A DNA stretch of 64,000 nucleotides from Candidatus Latescibacterota bacterium (GTDB taxonomy: Bacteria; Latescibacterota; UBA2968; UBA8231). The notes below the pieces were generated by a model. That model did no database searches, was not told the origin of the DNA, and saw only the letters and a program-made list of their open reading frames with translations. Within the stretch, counting starts at the first letter, position 1; each line of letters starts with the position of its first letter. The translations under genes were made by a program, and so were the position numbers. Below are positions 10,557-22,800 of this stretch, piece by piece. The stretch spans positions 4,350,305 through 4,414,304 of the forward strand of contig CBDCNM010000002.1 in assembly GCA_965219385.1 (NCBI GenBank). Direction: 5' to 3'.

Positions 10557-11564
10557 TTAAGCGATCCCGATGGTCCGCCGGGTCTTGCCGGACTTGAGCA
10601 CGGCCGCGGCTACTTTCAAGGCTTCGATTCCATCGGTGGGGGTGACCAGGGGTTGTTCTCCCCTGGAAAAGCACCTGACCACGTGTTTGGCCTGCTCCAG
10701 GAACATGTTCTGCCGGCGGTAGGGAAAGACCCTTTGCTTGCCGTTGCCGGCCTGGAGGGTAAAGGCGCCCTGTTTGTCGGGATCGTAATTCTTGGGCGCT
10801 TCAGCCGCTTTCATCCCGAACTGCAGAGAACCATTGGGGGCCATGACGTCGTGGAGGCCGTCTATCCGCGAGCCGGGGGCCGCGCCCCAGCTCCAGATGA
10901 GGGCGAGCTGGTCGCCGGAGGCGAAGTTGACGATGGCGCTGGTGGTGTCGGCGCCGACGCTGGTGGAATCGAATTGCAGGGAAGAGGCCTGGACGGATTC
11001 CGCCGGGCCGAAGATCCGCAGGGCCGTATCGTAGTTGTGCACGCCCGCGTCCATGAGGGGGCCGCCGCCTTTGTTTTCATCCCGGAACCAGGGGGGACCG
11101 GGGCGACCGCTGCTCAGAGAGCGCCAGATGGCGGGCCGGCCCACGGCCCCAGACTGTATGACTTGCCCGAATTTGTTCCATTCGGTGTCGAAGCGGCGCA
11201 CGAAACCAATGGTGAGCCGGACATCGTGGCGCTGGCAGGCCGCGGCCATGCGCCGGGCATCGGCGAGTTTGAGCGCCATGGGTTTTTCGCAGAAGACGTG
11301 TTTGCCGGCCCGCGCCGCAGCCAGAACCGGGGCGGGGTGCAGATAGGTGGGGGTGCAGACCCAGACCGCGTCGATGTGGTCCAGTTTGAGCATCCGGGCA
11401 TAGTCGGTAAAGGTTTCCGGGACGTCGTAGTCAGCGGCAAAGCTCTGGGTGGCGGCAAGGACCGGATCGGCAGCGGCCGCGATGCGGGCATTTTTGAGGG
11501 TTTTGAGCAATCCGGCGTGGTGGCGGGCAATGCCGCCGCAGCCGATAAATGCGATGTTGAGCAT
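10557..11564 (-). CDS. Gfo/Idh/MocA family oxidoreductase
   Basis: IGCGGIA, GKHVFCEKPMA, GGPLMDAGVH. Confidence 0.9.
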   Translation of the reverse strand: MLNIAFIGCGGIARHHAGLLKTLKNARIAAAADPVLAATQSFAADYDVPETFTDYARMLKLDHIDAVWVCTPTYLHPAPVLAAARAGKHVFCEKPMALKLADARRMAAACQRHDVRLTIGFVRRFDTEWNKFGQVIQSGAVGRPAIWRSLSSGRPGPPWFRDENKGGGPLMDAGVHNYDTALRIFGPAESVQASSLQFDSTSVGADTTSAIVNFASGDQLALIWSWGAAPGSRIDGLHDVMAPNGSLQFGMKAAEAPKNYDPDKQGAFTLQAGNGKQRVFPYRRQNMFLEQAKHVVRCFSRGEQPLVTPTDGIEALKVAAAVLKSGKTRRTIGIA

Positions 11565-11659
11565 GGTGTGGTTTCCTCCCCTTATGAGTACTGGCGAAGA
11601 TAATATAGGGTGTGGTGAAGAAAGAGACAATCGCAGGATGAGAAGCGGCTGAAAAACAG

Positions 11660-12436
11660 ATGTTTATCCTGATTGGCAAGCTGTTTAAACCCCTGATTGA
11701 GCCCATGGGGCTGGGCTCTTTGCTGTGGATTGCCGGGGCTCTGGTCTACTGGCGCTGGTCGCGGGTATGGGGCTTGCGGTGCGCTGGAGCAGGCATCGTG
11801 GTCGTGCTGTTCTTCAGCAATTCAGTGGTGAGCAATGCCTTGGTGACCGCTCTGGAGGACGACTATCCGATCCTGGAGCCGGAGGCCTGTTCCTGGGCCG
11901 AGGCCATCGTGGTGCTGGGTGGATCTACCTATCCGCCGGTGCCGCCGCGCAAGAGCATAGAGGTGGGACCCGGCTTTGATCGTTTGTTGCACGCCATGCG
12001 GTTGTTGCGGGCGGAGCGGGCGCCGTTGCTGGTGGTGAGCGGAGGCGGGATACCCATGCTGGACGGGTCGGATATGTCGGAGGCCAGGCGTTTGTGGAGC
12101 CTGGCCCTGGAATACGGGGTAGATCCGGCTTTGATCCTGCTGGAGGAGCGTTCCCGCAATACCTATGAAAACGCTTTGTACACGCGAGAGTTGTTAAAGG
12201 AGCGGGGCATAGAGCGAATTTTACTGGTGAGTTCGGCGATGCACATGCGCCGCGCAGTGGCAGCGTTCAGGGCTCAGGGCTTCGAGGTTGTGCCCGCCCC
12301 CGCGGATGTGCAGGTGGTGGCCCGACCGTTTAATCCCATCCGGCTGGTACCGCATTTCCGCGCTCTGCAAGTATCTACTAAGGCGATGAATGAGTACATG
12401 GGGTTGGTGGTGTATCGGCTGAAGGGGTGGATTTAG
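11660..12436 (+). CDS. YdcF/ElyC family (DUF218) envelope protein
   Basis: Two TM helices; IVVLGG, VSGG, EERSRNTYENA, VSSAMHMRRA. Confidence 0.88.
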   Translation: MFILIGKLFKPLIEPMGLGSLLWIAGALVYWRWSRVWGLRCAGAGIVVVLFFSNSVVSNALVTALEDDYPILEPEACSWAEAIVVLGGSTYPPVPPRKSIEVGPGFDRLLHAMRLLRAERAPLLVVSGGGIPMLDGSDMSEARRLWSLALEYGVDPALILLEERSRNTYENALYTRELLKERGIERILLVSSAMHMRRAVAAFRAQGFEVVPAPADVQVVARPFNPIRLVPHFRALQVSTKAMNEYMGLVVYRLKGWI

Positions 12437-12464
12437 GGGCTCGTCCAGGTACTTGAGACGGGCC

Positions 12465-12920
12465 CTAGGTAGTATCCACAAGCTCGGGTGAGGCGCCCAG
12501 GGCAAAGGCCTGGGCGATCTGGTCGCAGCGTTCGTTGTCCGGGTCGCCGGCGTGTCCGCGGGTGTACTCCCAGCGCACCCGCGGACTGTTGAGCTGGTCC
12601 AGCTCCCTCCACAGATCCTGGTTGAGCACGGGCTTTTTGCTGGCGGTGCGCCAGCCTTTGCGCTTCCAGGAGTGGATCCACTCGGTAATGCCTTTGCGCA
12701 TGTACTCGCTGTCCGTGACCAGGATGATGCTCGATGCCTCGCCGACTACTTTGAGGGCCTGGATGGCGGCGTGGAGTTCCATGCGGTTGTTGGTGGTGTC
12801 CGGGACAAAACCGCCCAGCTCGCGGAGGCGGCCGTCCAGGTACTTGAGACGGGCGGCCCAGCCACCCGGTCCGGGGTTGCCGGAGCAGGCCCCGTCGCAG
12901 TAGATGGTTACCGTAGTCAT
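12465..12920 (-). CDS. rnhA: Ribonuclease HI
   Basis: YCDGACSGNPGPGGW, TTNNRMEL, TDSEY, GHAGDPDNERCD. Confidence 0.95.
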   Translation of the reverse strand: MTTVTIYCDGACSGNPGPGGWAARLKYLDGRLRELGGFVPDTTNNRMELHAAIQALKVVGEASSIILVTDSEYMRKGITEWIHSWKRKGWRTASKKPVLNQDLWRELDQLNSPRVRWEYTRGHAGDPDNERCDQIAQAFALGASPELVDTT

Positions 12921-13079
12921 GTCCTGGTCCGGGGCGTCTTTTTCACTTGGCCTGCTCCCGGCCCCCCCGATCAATATTGTTTCATTCGCTGTTTGCCGCT
13001 TTTACCGGCTAGGCTCTATATTATTACTTTTTCACCCGATCCTGTCAATCCAGTATCCGCAAAAGGAATCGAGGTTTAG

Positions 13080-14489
13080 ATGGCCGAGCAACAAAAGGCA
13101 TTCGACGTGGTCGTCATCGGCGGTGGGCCCGGGGGCTACACGGCGGCTATTCGCGCCCGGCAACTGGGGCTGGAGGCGGCCGTGGTGGAGATGGAAGAGC
13201 AGCTGGGAGGGGTTTGCCTCAACTGGGGCTGCATTCCCACCAAAGCCCTGCTCAAGCAGGCCGAGACCTACCGGCTCTTCCAGCGCGCCGACGAGTTCGG
13301 CTTTGAGGTCGGCCAGGTTGGCTTCGACTGGACCAGGGTCATCCAGCGCAGCCGCAAGGTGGCCGACAATCTGGCCCGGGGGGTCGCCTATTTGATGGAC
13401 AAAAATCAGGTCCAGGTATTCAAAGGCAAGGGCCGGATCACGCCGACCAGGCAGGTGGCGGTCAAAGCGGCCGACGGTACGGTGAGCACCGTGCTGGAAG
13501 CCGGCCATATCATCATTGCCACCGGGGGCCGGCCCCAAACCATACCCGGGGTCGAGATCGACGGCGAGCACATTATCAGCAGCCGCGAAGCCATGGTCAC
13601 TGAGAAACAACCCGGTTCCATGGTCGTGGTCGGGGCCGGGCCCATAGGCATCGAGTTCGCCTATTTCTACAATGCCTTCGGCACCCGGGTACAGGTGCTG
13701 GAGGCCCTGCCCCAGGTCCTGCCGCGGGAGGACGAGGAGATCGCCGGCATCCTGGCCGGGAGTCTGGCGCAACAGGGGATTCAACTCGAGACCGGGGTCG
13801 AGATCGAGGCTGTCGAGCCCGGGGATTCAGGGGTCGAGGTGCGTTACAAGGGGGAAAAGGGCAGCGTCGTCGAGAAGGTGGACAAGGTATTGATGGCGGT
13901 CGGGGTGCGGGGCAATATCGAGGACCTGGGCCTGGAAGCTCTGGGCCTGCGGACCGAGAAAGGGGCCATCCAGGTGAACGGTCGTTTTGAGACCAGCGCA
14001 AAAGGGATTTACGCCATCGGCGATGTGGTCGGGGCGCCGCAGCTGGCGCACATGGCCTCGACCGCAGCCGTGGCTGCGACCGAGTTTATCGCCGGCCACC
14101 AGCGCGAGGAGATCGACCGGAGCAATATCCCCAGTTGCACCTACTGCCAGCCCCAGGTGGCCAGCGTGGGGTTGAGCGAAAGGCAGGCCCGGGAGGCCGG
14201 GCACGAAGTCAAGGTGGGGCGCTTCCCCTTCATGGCCAGCGGCAAGGGACAGGCTCTGGGCGAGACCGAGGGGGTGGTCAAGCTGGTTTTCGATACCCGC
14301 TACGGCGAGATCCTGGGTGCTTCGATGATCGGAGCCGAGGTCACGGAACTGATCGCCGAGGTCTGTCTGGCGCGCAAGCTGGAAGCCACCTACGAAGAGT
14401 TGCTGCACACGGTGCACGCTCATCCGACGCTTTCGGAGGCGGTGATGGAGGCCGCGGGCGAGGCATATGGCCAAGCATTGAATCTATAA
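13080..14489 (+). CDS. lpdA: Dihydrolipoyl dehydrogenase
   Basis: GGGPGGY, GGVCLNWGCIPTK, HAHPTLSE. Confidence 0.95.
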   Translation: MAEQQKAFDVVVIGGGPGGYTAAIRARQLGLEAAVVEMEEQLGGVCLNWGCIPTKALLKQAETYRLFQRADEFGFEVGQVGFDWTRVIQRSRKVADNLARGVAYLMDKNQVQVFKGKGRITPTRQVAVKAADGTVSTVLEAGHIIIATGGRPQTIPGVEIDGEHIISSREAMVTEKQPGSMVVVGAGPIGIEFAYFYNAFGTRVQVLEALPQVLPREDEEIAGILAGSLAQQGIQLETGVEIEAVEPGDSGVEVRYKGEKGSVVEKVDKVLMAVGVRGNIEDLGLEALGLRTEKGAIQVNGRFETSAKGIYAIGDVVGAPQLAHMASTAAVAATEFIAGHQREEIDRSNIPSCTYCQPQVASVGLSERQAREAGHEVKVGRFPFMASGKGQALGETEGVVKLVFDTRYGEILGASMIGAEVTELIAEVCLARKLEATYEELLHTVHAHPTLSEAVMEAAGEAYGQALNL

Positions 14490-14498
14490 GGGAGTCAG

Positions 14499-15719
14499 AT
14501 GAGCCCCGTCGATAAAGAAATAGGGCGTCCCCAACTTCCCTCGCTCACCCAGGTGCTACCGGCCGAGCCGCTGCTGCTGATGGGGGCCGGGCCGGTGCCG
14601 GTGCCGGCCGAGGTGGCCCGGGCGGGCAGCATGGTGATCAACCACTTGGGCAGGAGCATGGACATGGTGGTGCGGCACGTCAAGGAAATGGGGCGCTACG
14701 CCTTTCAGACCAGGGCCGAGCACATATTCGGGGTTTCCGGACCAGCCTCGGCGGCTATGGAAATGGCCATGGGCAATTTGCTGTGGAGCGGGCGCAAGGT
14801 CCTGGTGCTGAAGACGGGCTGGTTCAGTGGGCGGTTCGCCGAGATGGCCGCCGGGGTGGGGGCCGAGGTCGAGGTCCTGGAGGTGCCCGAGGGGCGGCCC
14901 ATCCCGGCGGAACTGGCCCGGGAAAAACTGGCCGGCGGATGCTACGATGTGGTGACCTTGGTCCAGGGAGAGACCTCGTGCGGGGTGTGGACCGTCGAAC
15001 TTCCAAAGATCGTCCGCCTGGCCAAAGAGCACGGCGCCCTGACCGTGGTGGATGCGGTCTGCACCCTGAGCACCATGCCCTTCAAGACCGATGAGTGGGG
15101 CATTGATGTGGTATTCACCGGCAGCCAGAAGGGGTTGTCTTCCCTGCCGGGGGTGTCGCTGATTTCTTTTTCGGATGAGGCCTGGAAGGTGATCGAGGGA
15201 CGCAATCAACCCAAACCCCACTGGTGCCTGGATGTGCTGCGGGCCCAGGAGTTTTGGGGCGACCAGCAGTACCATTACACCGCCCCAGTGCCCGGATTGC
15301 TGGCCCTGCACGAGGCTTTGCGCCTGATCTGTGAGGAGACCCTGGAACAGCGTTTCGAACGCCACCTCCACAGCTCTCTGGCCCTGCAGGCGGGCATCGA
15401 GAGCATGGGGTTGGAGTTGTCGGCGTCCAAGGAGTACCGGCTCAACTCGGTCGTGGCCATCAACATACCCGAGGGGATGGACGGAGACCGGGCCCGGAAT
15501 TATATGTCCGACATGTTCAAGGTGGAAATTTCCGGGGCGTTCGGTCTCGACATCGTGCGCATCGGCCAGATGGGGGAACAGTGCCGGGGCCCCAACTTGT
15601 TCAGGGTGCTTCACGCCCTGGGGGTAGCCTTTGCCAGGGAAGGCGTCAAGGTAGATCAGAGTGCGGGCATGGCCGCCTTGGAGAAACACCTGGCCGAGCA
15701 CGCCGAAGACATCCTTTAA
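14499..15719 (+). CDS. Class V aminotransferase (alanine-glyoxylate/serine-pyruvate type)
   Basis: LMGAGP, GETSCGV, VDAVC, GSQKGL with PLP lysine. Confidence 0.88.
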   Translation: MSPVDKEIGRPQLPSLTQVLPAEPLLLMGAGPVPVPAEVARAGSMVINHLGRSMDMVVRHVKEMGRYAFQTRAEHIFGVSGPASAAMEMAMGNLLWSGRKVLVLKTGWFSGRFAEMAAGVGAEVEVLEVPEGRPIPAELAREKLAGGCYDVVTLVQGETSCGVWTVELPKIVRLAKEHGALTVVDAVCTLSTMPFKTDEWGIDVVFTGSQKGLSSLPGVSLISFSDEAWKVIEGRNQPKPHWCLDVLRAQEFWGDQQYHYTAPVPGLLALHEALRLICEETLEQRFERHLHSSLALQAGIESMGLELSASKEYRLNSVVAINIPEGMDGDRARNYMSDMFKVEISGAFGLDIVRIGQMGEQCRGPNLFRVLHALGVAFAREGVKVDQSAGMAALEKHLAEHAEDIL

Positions 15720-15731
15720 CAAGGAGTTTAT

Positions 15732-16844
15732 ATGAGCGACCCATTCCTGCCGTTTCCCACTTACCAGAGCCTTGGTGTGCGCCCCTTGATCAACTGCCGG
15801 GGGAGCTACACCATCATCAGTGGATCCTTGTTGTTGCCCGAGGTGCGGCAGGCCATGGTCCAGGCCTCGCAGGAGTACGTAAATCTCGACGAGCTGATGG
15901 AAGCGGTAGGGGCGCGGGTCGCCGAGTTGATGCAGGTGGAATGGGGCCTGGTGACCAATGGTTGCGCCGCGGCCCTGTGCCAGGTCACGGCGGCTTGCGT
16001 GGCCGGCGCCGATCCGGAAAAGATAGCGCGCCTGCCGGATACCGCGGGTATGAAGAATGAGGTCGTGGCCTTGTCGGGGCACCGGCACGTGTACGATCAC
16101 GCCATCCGCATGGTCGGGGTGGAGATAATCGAGGTCGGGAACCGGGCGGATCTGGAGGCGGCGACCGGCGAGCGCACCGCCATGTTCGCGGTCAAGGGGG
16201 ATGCGAGCGAGAGGGGAGAGGTGCAGCTGGAGGAGATGGCCCGCATCGGCAAGGCGCACGGGATCCCCACCTTCGTGGACGCGGCGGCCGAGCGTCCGGA
16301 CGTGCCCAATTGTTACCTGGAGGCCGGGGTGGATGTGGTGGCCTACAGCGGGGGCAAGTGTTTGCGCGGCCCCCAGGCCTCCGGCCTGGTGCTGGGGCGC
16401 AAGGACTTGTTGCAGGCGGCTTTTCTGAACGGGGCCCCGCACCACTCCCTGGGCCGGCCTATGAAGGCGGGCAAGGAAGAGATCATGGGCTTGCTGGCCG
16501 CGGTGGAGCAGTGGGTCAAGCGCGACCACGCGGCCGAGTGGAAGCAGTGGGAAAGCTGGTTGCGGCATATCGGGGATACGGTCGCCGCTTTCGACTGGGT
16601 GACGACCACCGTCATCGAACCTTCGAGTCGCTCCAATGTGGCGCCGACCTTGAGGATCGAATGGGATCAGGAGGTGGTGCGCCTCGGTCCGCAGGAGGTG
16701 GAGCAGCAGCTTTCCACGGGGGAGCCGCGCATCGAGGTGTCCAGCCACGGCGCAGGGATTTCGCTGATGCCTTACATGATGGAGGAGGGGGAATACAAGA
16801 TCGTGGCGCAGCGGCTCGAAGAGATTTTGAGGGGGGCGGCATGA
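15732..16844 (+). CDS. SelA-like PLP-dependent enzyme (DgaE/SelA family)
   Basis: INCRGSYTIISGS, VDAAAE, YSGGKCLRGPQASG, GRPMKAGKEEI. Confidence 0.82.
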   Translation: MSDPFLPFPTYQSLGVRPLINCRGSYTIISGSLLLPEVRQAMVQASQEYVNLDELMEAVGARVAELMQVEWGLVTNGCAAALCQVTAACVAGADPEKIARLPDTAGMKNEVVALSGHRHVYDHAIRMVGVEIIEVGNRADLEAATGERTAMFAVKGDASERGEVQLEEMARIGKAHGIPTFVDAAAERPDVPNCYLEAGVDVVAYSGGKCLRGPQASGLVLGRKDLLQAAFLNGAPHHSLGRPMKAGKEEIMGLLAAVEQWVKRDHAAEWKQWESWLRHIGDTVAAFDWVTTTVIEPSSRSNVAPTLRIEWDQEVVRLGPQEVEQQLSTGEPRIEVSSHGAGISLMPYMMEEGEYKIVAQRLEEILRGAA

Positions 16845-17137
16845 GCGATTTGAGCGGCGACTGGCAGGTGGAACTGACGTTTATCAGCGGGCAAGCCCGC
16901 CACAAAATGCACCTTGTACAGGACGGCCAGGGTTTGAGCGGGCGTTATGATTCGACCTATGGCGAGCACGAGGTGCGGGGCCGGGTGCAGGATGGAGTGG
17001 TGGAAATACAGGTGGAGATCCTCTACCAGGGGGTCGGAACCACCTACAGCTTCCAGGGACGGCTGGAGGGCGATGTAGTGCAGGGGAAGGTGGGGCTGGG
17101 CGAGTATTGGGAAGCGGTCTGGAAGGCGCGAAGGTGA
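16841..17137 (+). CDS. Small beta-rich hypothetical protein (MSDLSGDWQVELTF...WKARR)
   Basis: ATGA overlap with the SelA-like gene; GAGGGG RBS; C-terminal part of the 16310..17137 ORF. Confidence 0.7.
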   Translation: MSDLSGDWQVELTFISGQARHKMHLVQDGQGLSGRYDSTYGEHEVRGRVQDGVVEIQVEILYQGVGTTYSFQGRLEGDVVQGKVGLGEYWEAVWKARR

Positions 17138-17150
17138 GAAGGAAGGCTTC

Positions 17151-17753
17151 TCAGAAAATGAGAGCCTCCATTCCCAGGCCGATTCCCAGGAGCAGAATCA
17201 GGAGAGGCAGGATTATACGGTAAAGCAGGCTGGATCTTCTTTTCAGCAGGGTCAGAAATTTGAGGTAGTAAAAATAGGTCGAGTAGAAAACCATGAGCAC
17301 GGCCGCGGCTATTGTCCATTGTCCCAGGGTGTTCAGATTCAGGATAAATAAAACAAAGACCAGGGCTACAGTGCAGACGGTGTATTTTCCTGGCTCCTCG
17401 GCTTGAAGCACTATTTTTTTGGCCAGCAGAATCCCCCCCCCCCCGACGATCAGAGCGTCTTTGACAATGACCAGCACGGCAAACCACGCGGGCAGATTGC
17501 CTCTGAAAAAGGCCAGGTACACGGCTACCGAGCCGACCAGGAGTTTGTCCGCTACTGGATCCAGGTACTTGCCCAGGGTAGAAACCGTGCCGTAGCGGCG
17601 GGCCAGGCGGCCGTCGAAGAAGTCGGTGACCGCGGCGACCAAGACCAATGCAAAAGCCATCCAGTTGCCGGCAGGAGTGTTGCAGGATAAAAGGTAGAGA
17701 ATCGGGATGGTTAGGAGAATGCGGGAGAAGCTCAACAGGTTCGAGGCTGTCAT
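17151..17753 (-). CDS. CDP-alcohol phosphatidyltransferase (PgsA-like)
   Basis: NLLSFSRI, DFFDGRLARRYG...GKYLDPVADK signature. Confidence 0.9.
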   Translation of the reverse strand: MTASNLLSFSRILLTIPILYLLSCNTPAGNWMAFALVLVAAVTDFFDGRLARRYGTVSTLGKYLDPVADKLLVGSVAVYLAFFRGNLPAWFAVLVIVKDALIVGGGGILLAKKIVLQAEEPGKYTVCTVALVFVLFILNLNTLGQWTIAAAVLMVFYSTYFYYLKFLTLLKRRSSLLYRIILPLLILLLGIGLGMEALIF

Positions 17754-17853
17754 ATCCGGTGTTTCGGTGGTCGATTATTTCGCCAGCAGGTGATGGTGGC
17801 CTTTCTCGCTCGCGTTCTCTCTTTCGGGGAACCTCACAGGCAGTGCATCCACC

Positions 17854-18456
17854 CTATTTTTTGATCTGAGCAGCGAGATAGGCGGAAATGGCCGCATCGT
17901 AGCGCGAGGTCAGACGGTAGACCTCCAGGGCCAGTTTGCGGCCGAATTCGGGGTCTATGATATTGGCGTCGGCCCGGAGGCGCTCAATGGCTTCGGGATA
18001 CTGGGCAGGGGAGCTGAGCACGTAGATGCTCTGGTGGTTCTTGGCGGCGGAGCGCAGCAGGGTCGGACCGCCGATGTCGATATTCTCGATGGCCTCGGCA
18101 AAGGTGCAGCCGGGTTGGGCGATGGTCTCCGCGAAGGGGTAGAGGTTGACGCAGACGATGTCGATGGGGTGAATCTGGTGCTGGGCAAGGGTGGCCATGT
18201 GCTCCTGGTCGTCCCGTAGCGCCAGGAGACCGCCGTGAATCCGCGGGTGCAGGGTCTTGACCCGGCCGTCCATCATTTCGGGAAATCCGGTGATTTCGGA
18301 GACGTCGAGGCAGGGGATATCGGCCTGGCGTATGGTCCGCGCCGTGCCCCCGGTGCTGATGATTTCGATCCCCAATTCGCGCAGAGTCCGGACCAACTCC
18401 TCGATGCCGGTTTTGTCGTACACACTGACGAGGGCTCTGCGGGCTTTGACGGGCAT
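17854..18456 (-). CDS. purH: Standalone IMP cyclohydrolase (MGS) domain of PurH
   Basis: RALVSVYDKTG, STGGT, GRVKTLHP, NLYPF, IENIDIGGP; stops after YDAAISAYL with no AICAR transformylase domain. Confidence 0.85.
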   Translation of the reverse strand: MPVKARRALVSVYDKTGIEELVRTLRELGIEIISTGGTARTIRQADIPCLDVSEITGFPEMMDGRVKTLHPRIHGGLLALRDDQEHMATLAQHQIHPIDIVCVNLYPFAETIAQPGCTFAEAIENIDIGGPTLLRSAAKNHQSIYVLSSPAQYPEAIERLRADANIIDPEFGRKLALEVYRLTSRYDAAISAYLAAQIKK

Positions 18457-18515
18457 GGGGGGCTCCTGCGGAAATCTGGTTGGGGTTGGTAGATTAATCC
18501 AGGGCCATGGATCGG

Positions 18516-20659
<2,144 letters not shown>

Positions 20660-20663
<4 letters not shown>

Positions 20664-21565
20664 GGCGCCTCCTTGTGCCCGGTGCGCATTCCCGGCACGG
20701 CTGCGACCTGGGCGGCGGGGAGGGAAAAGCGGATGGGCGGTTCGTCGGCCACAATGGCGTATCCGGTAAAGGTGTCCATGTTGCGCACCAGGCGGATCTG
20801 GATCGGAGTGCCCGAGGCCCATAGGCGTTGTACCTGGTCGACCTCGGCGGCGTAGAGGGAATCGGTCCAGGTCTCCAGCAGGGTGGTACAGGCGTTTGCC
20901 AGGATCGCATCTTCGTCCTGGAATTCCTCCGGGCGGGCCGCTGTGGGGGCCAGGAAACGGCCCAGGTAGCCTTGCCAGTAGTCCTGGTCTTGGGGGGACA
21001 TTTTCACAAAATTCCAGGCCTCGGGGGCGTTTACCCTGTCCAGTTCCCGATGGAGTAGGTCGAAGAGCGAGCCGTTGTCCAGGGCAATCTGCGCCTGGAT
21101 CTGGGCGTGGACCTGGAAGGCGGCGCGCGGCAACTGGATGTGGGAAAGCAGGGCCACGCCCAGGTGATAAGCCTGCAGAGAGCGGGCCAGGTTGGGCATT
21201 TCGCGTCCGGATATCTGGTCCAGCCGCAGGGGTGCGGTGCGGCCCCAGGCTCGCAAGACCAAAAAATTCGGGACCGGCCGGTCCAGCCCGTAGTGGCAGC
21301 GCAGCAAGGCAGGGGGGATGGTATCCAATCCGAGGGTATCGCTGTGGGCGCGGTTTGCCAGGGCGGTGCGGCTCTTGCGGCTGGCCAGGATGCCCTGCCA
21401 GACGGCGCCGCGTGCCGTGCGGTTCTGGTTGTGCTGCAACAGGTATTCACCCAGGCGCACGGCCACGTAGTGGGTGCGGTATTCCAACCACAGGGCACCC
21501 GCTCCCAGGAGGGTGAGCAGCAGGCCGGGAAGGGTCAGACCGATGATCCAGCGCAGAAAGGGCAT
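20660..21565 (-). CDS. Hypothetical membrane-anchored protein
   Basis: N-terminal TM helix; translationally coupled to the PBP gene. Confidence 0.6.
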
Positions 21566-21802
21566 GGTAGAGGTTTGTTTTTTTGGGGAGGAGAAGAAGC
21601 CGCTACTTGAAATTTGCAGGAAAAATAGCGATATTGGCAAGTACCACTAAAACTAAATTTATTTTCTCTGCCCGCAGGGCTATTTGGTACGCGCCTCCCC
21701 GCGATCAGTATCGCCTCCCCGCGATTGGTATCCCCCATATCACTGCAGCAGCACAGTCATACTTATAAAAACACAAACACAATATCGCTGGGGAGGTAAT
21801 CT

Positions 21803-22795
21803 ATGCGACGCTTTATCTGGATAGCGGTTCTGGGAATCTCATTTCTGCTGGCGGGATGCGGCGGCGACGAGATCACTGGTCTGGTAATTTTCGATAATAC
21901 GCCCCCACCGAGTCCGCAAAATCTCAGGGTGGACAAGATCCGCGATGGCGAGATATGGCTGAGTTGGGAGAGGGTACAGGTCGAGGAAGTCGCCTTCTAC
22001 ATTGTGTACCGGTCCGAGGGGGGGCAGGAATCCGTGGCCATGGATACAACCCTTGTGAACACCTTTCGGGACCGCGGGCTCGACTACGAAACCGAGTATA
22101 CCTACCATGTCACGGCGGTGAGTCAGTCGGGCATCGAGAGCGAAAGGTCTTCATCCGTCAGCGGGCAGCCCTTCAACAATTTGTCGCCGCTGGCGCCCAT
22201 GGGCCTGCGGGCCGTGGCGCACAATATAACCATCCTGAACCAGCTGGACATTCTGCTGGACTGGGATGAAAATGCAGAGGCCGATCTGTCGGTGTACCGG
22301 GTTTACCGCTCCACGGAACCGAATTTTGCCATCGACGCGGAAAACCTGATGGTCGTAGTGGAGGAACCGAGCTATGTCGACCGGGATATCGAGGTGGGGG
22401 TGCTTTACTACTACCGGGTCACGGCCGTGGACCGGGGCGCCAAGGAAAGCGCGCCTTCGGAGATCATCGCCGACGTGGCCCTGCCGCCGCCCGAGTTGAT
22501 GGAGCCGGTCTCGGGCGAACTGACCTCCTCCACCCCCACCTTCCGCTGGCACCCCGTACCCCATGCCCTGAACTACCGGGTCGTCGTCACCACCTCGCCG
22601 ACCAGTGGAGAAATTTCGGCAATGCCGCTGACCCGCGAGACCGCGGCGGTTTTTGCGGGCCGGCCGCAGTTGTCTGGCGATTCCACTAACCTGCAATCCG
22701 GACAGATCTACTACTGGAGGGTGATTGCCAGCACCCGGGAGGACGGGACGGAAAACTCGGTCAGCCAGGTGGAGCGCTTCAAAATAAAAAGGTAA
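21803..22795 (+). CDS. Fibronectin type III domain lipoprotein
   Basis: Lipobox LAGC; repeated PxxP..L...W......Y.VYRS...Y.VTAV FN3 pattern. Confidence 0.82.
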   Translation: MRRFIWIAVLGISFLLAGCGGDEITGLVIFDNTPPPSPQNLRVDKIRDGEIWLSWERVQVEEVAFYIVYRSEGGQESVAMDTTLVNTFRDRGLDYETEYTYHVTAVSQSGIESERSSSVSGQPFNNLSPLAPMGLRAVAHNITILNQLDILLDWDENAEADLSVYRVYRSTEPNFAIDAENLMVVVEEPSYVDRDIEVGVLYYYRVTAVDRGAKESAPSEIIADVALPPPELMEPVSGELTSSTPTFRWHPVPHALNYRVVVTTSPTSGEISAMPLTRETAAVFAGRPQLSGDSTNLQSGQIYYWRVIASTREDGTENSVSQVERFKIKR

Positions 22796-22800
22796 ACCCT

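Noticed and set aside
14556..16748. 730-aa minus-strand ORF and similar long antisense ORFs (8972..10498, 33433..35223, 18507..20021, 25379..26695, 42855..44084)
   Set aside because: Shadow frames opposite well-supported genes in GC-rich DNA; no motifs
15732..16844. Selenocysteine synthase selA
   Set aside because: Shorter SelA-like subfamily; no selB, selC or selD in the window
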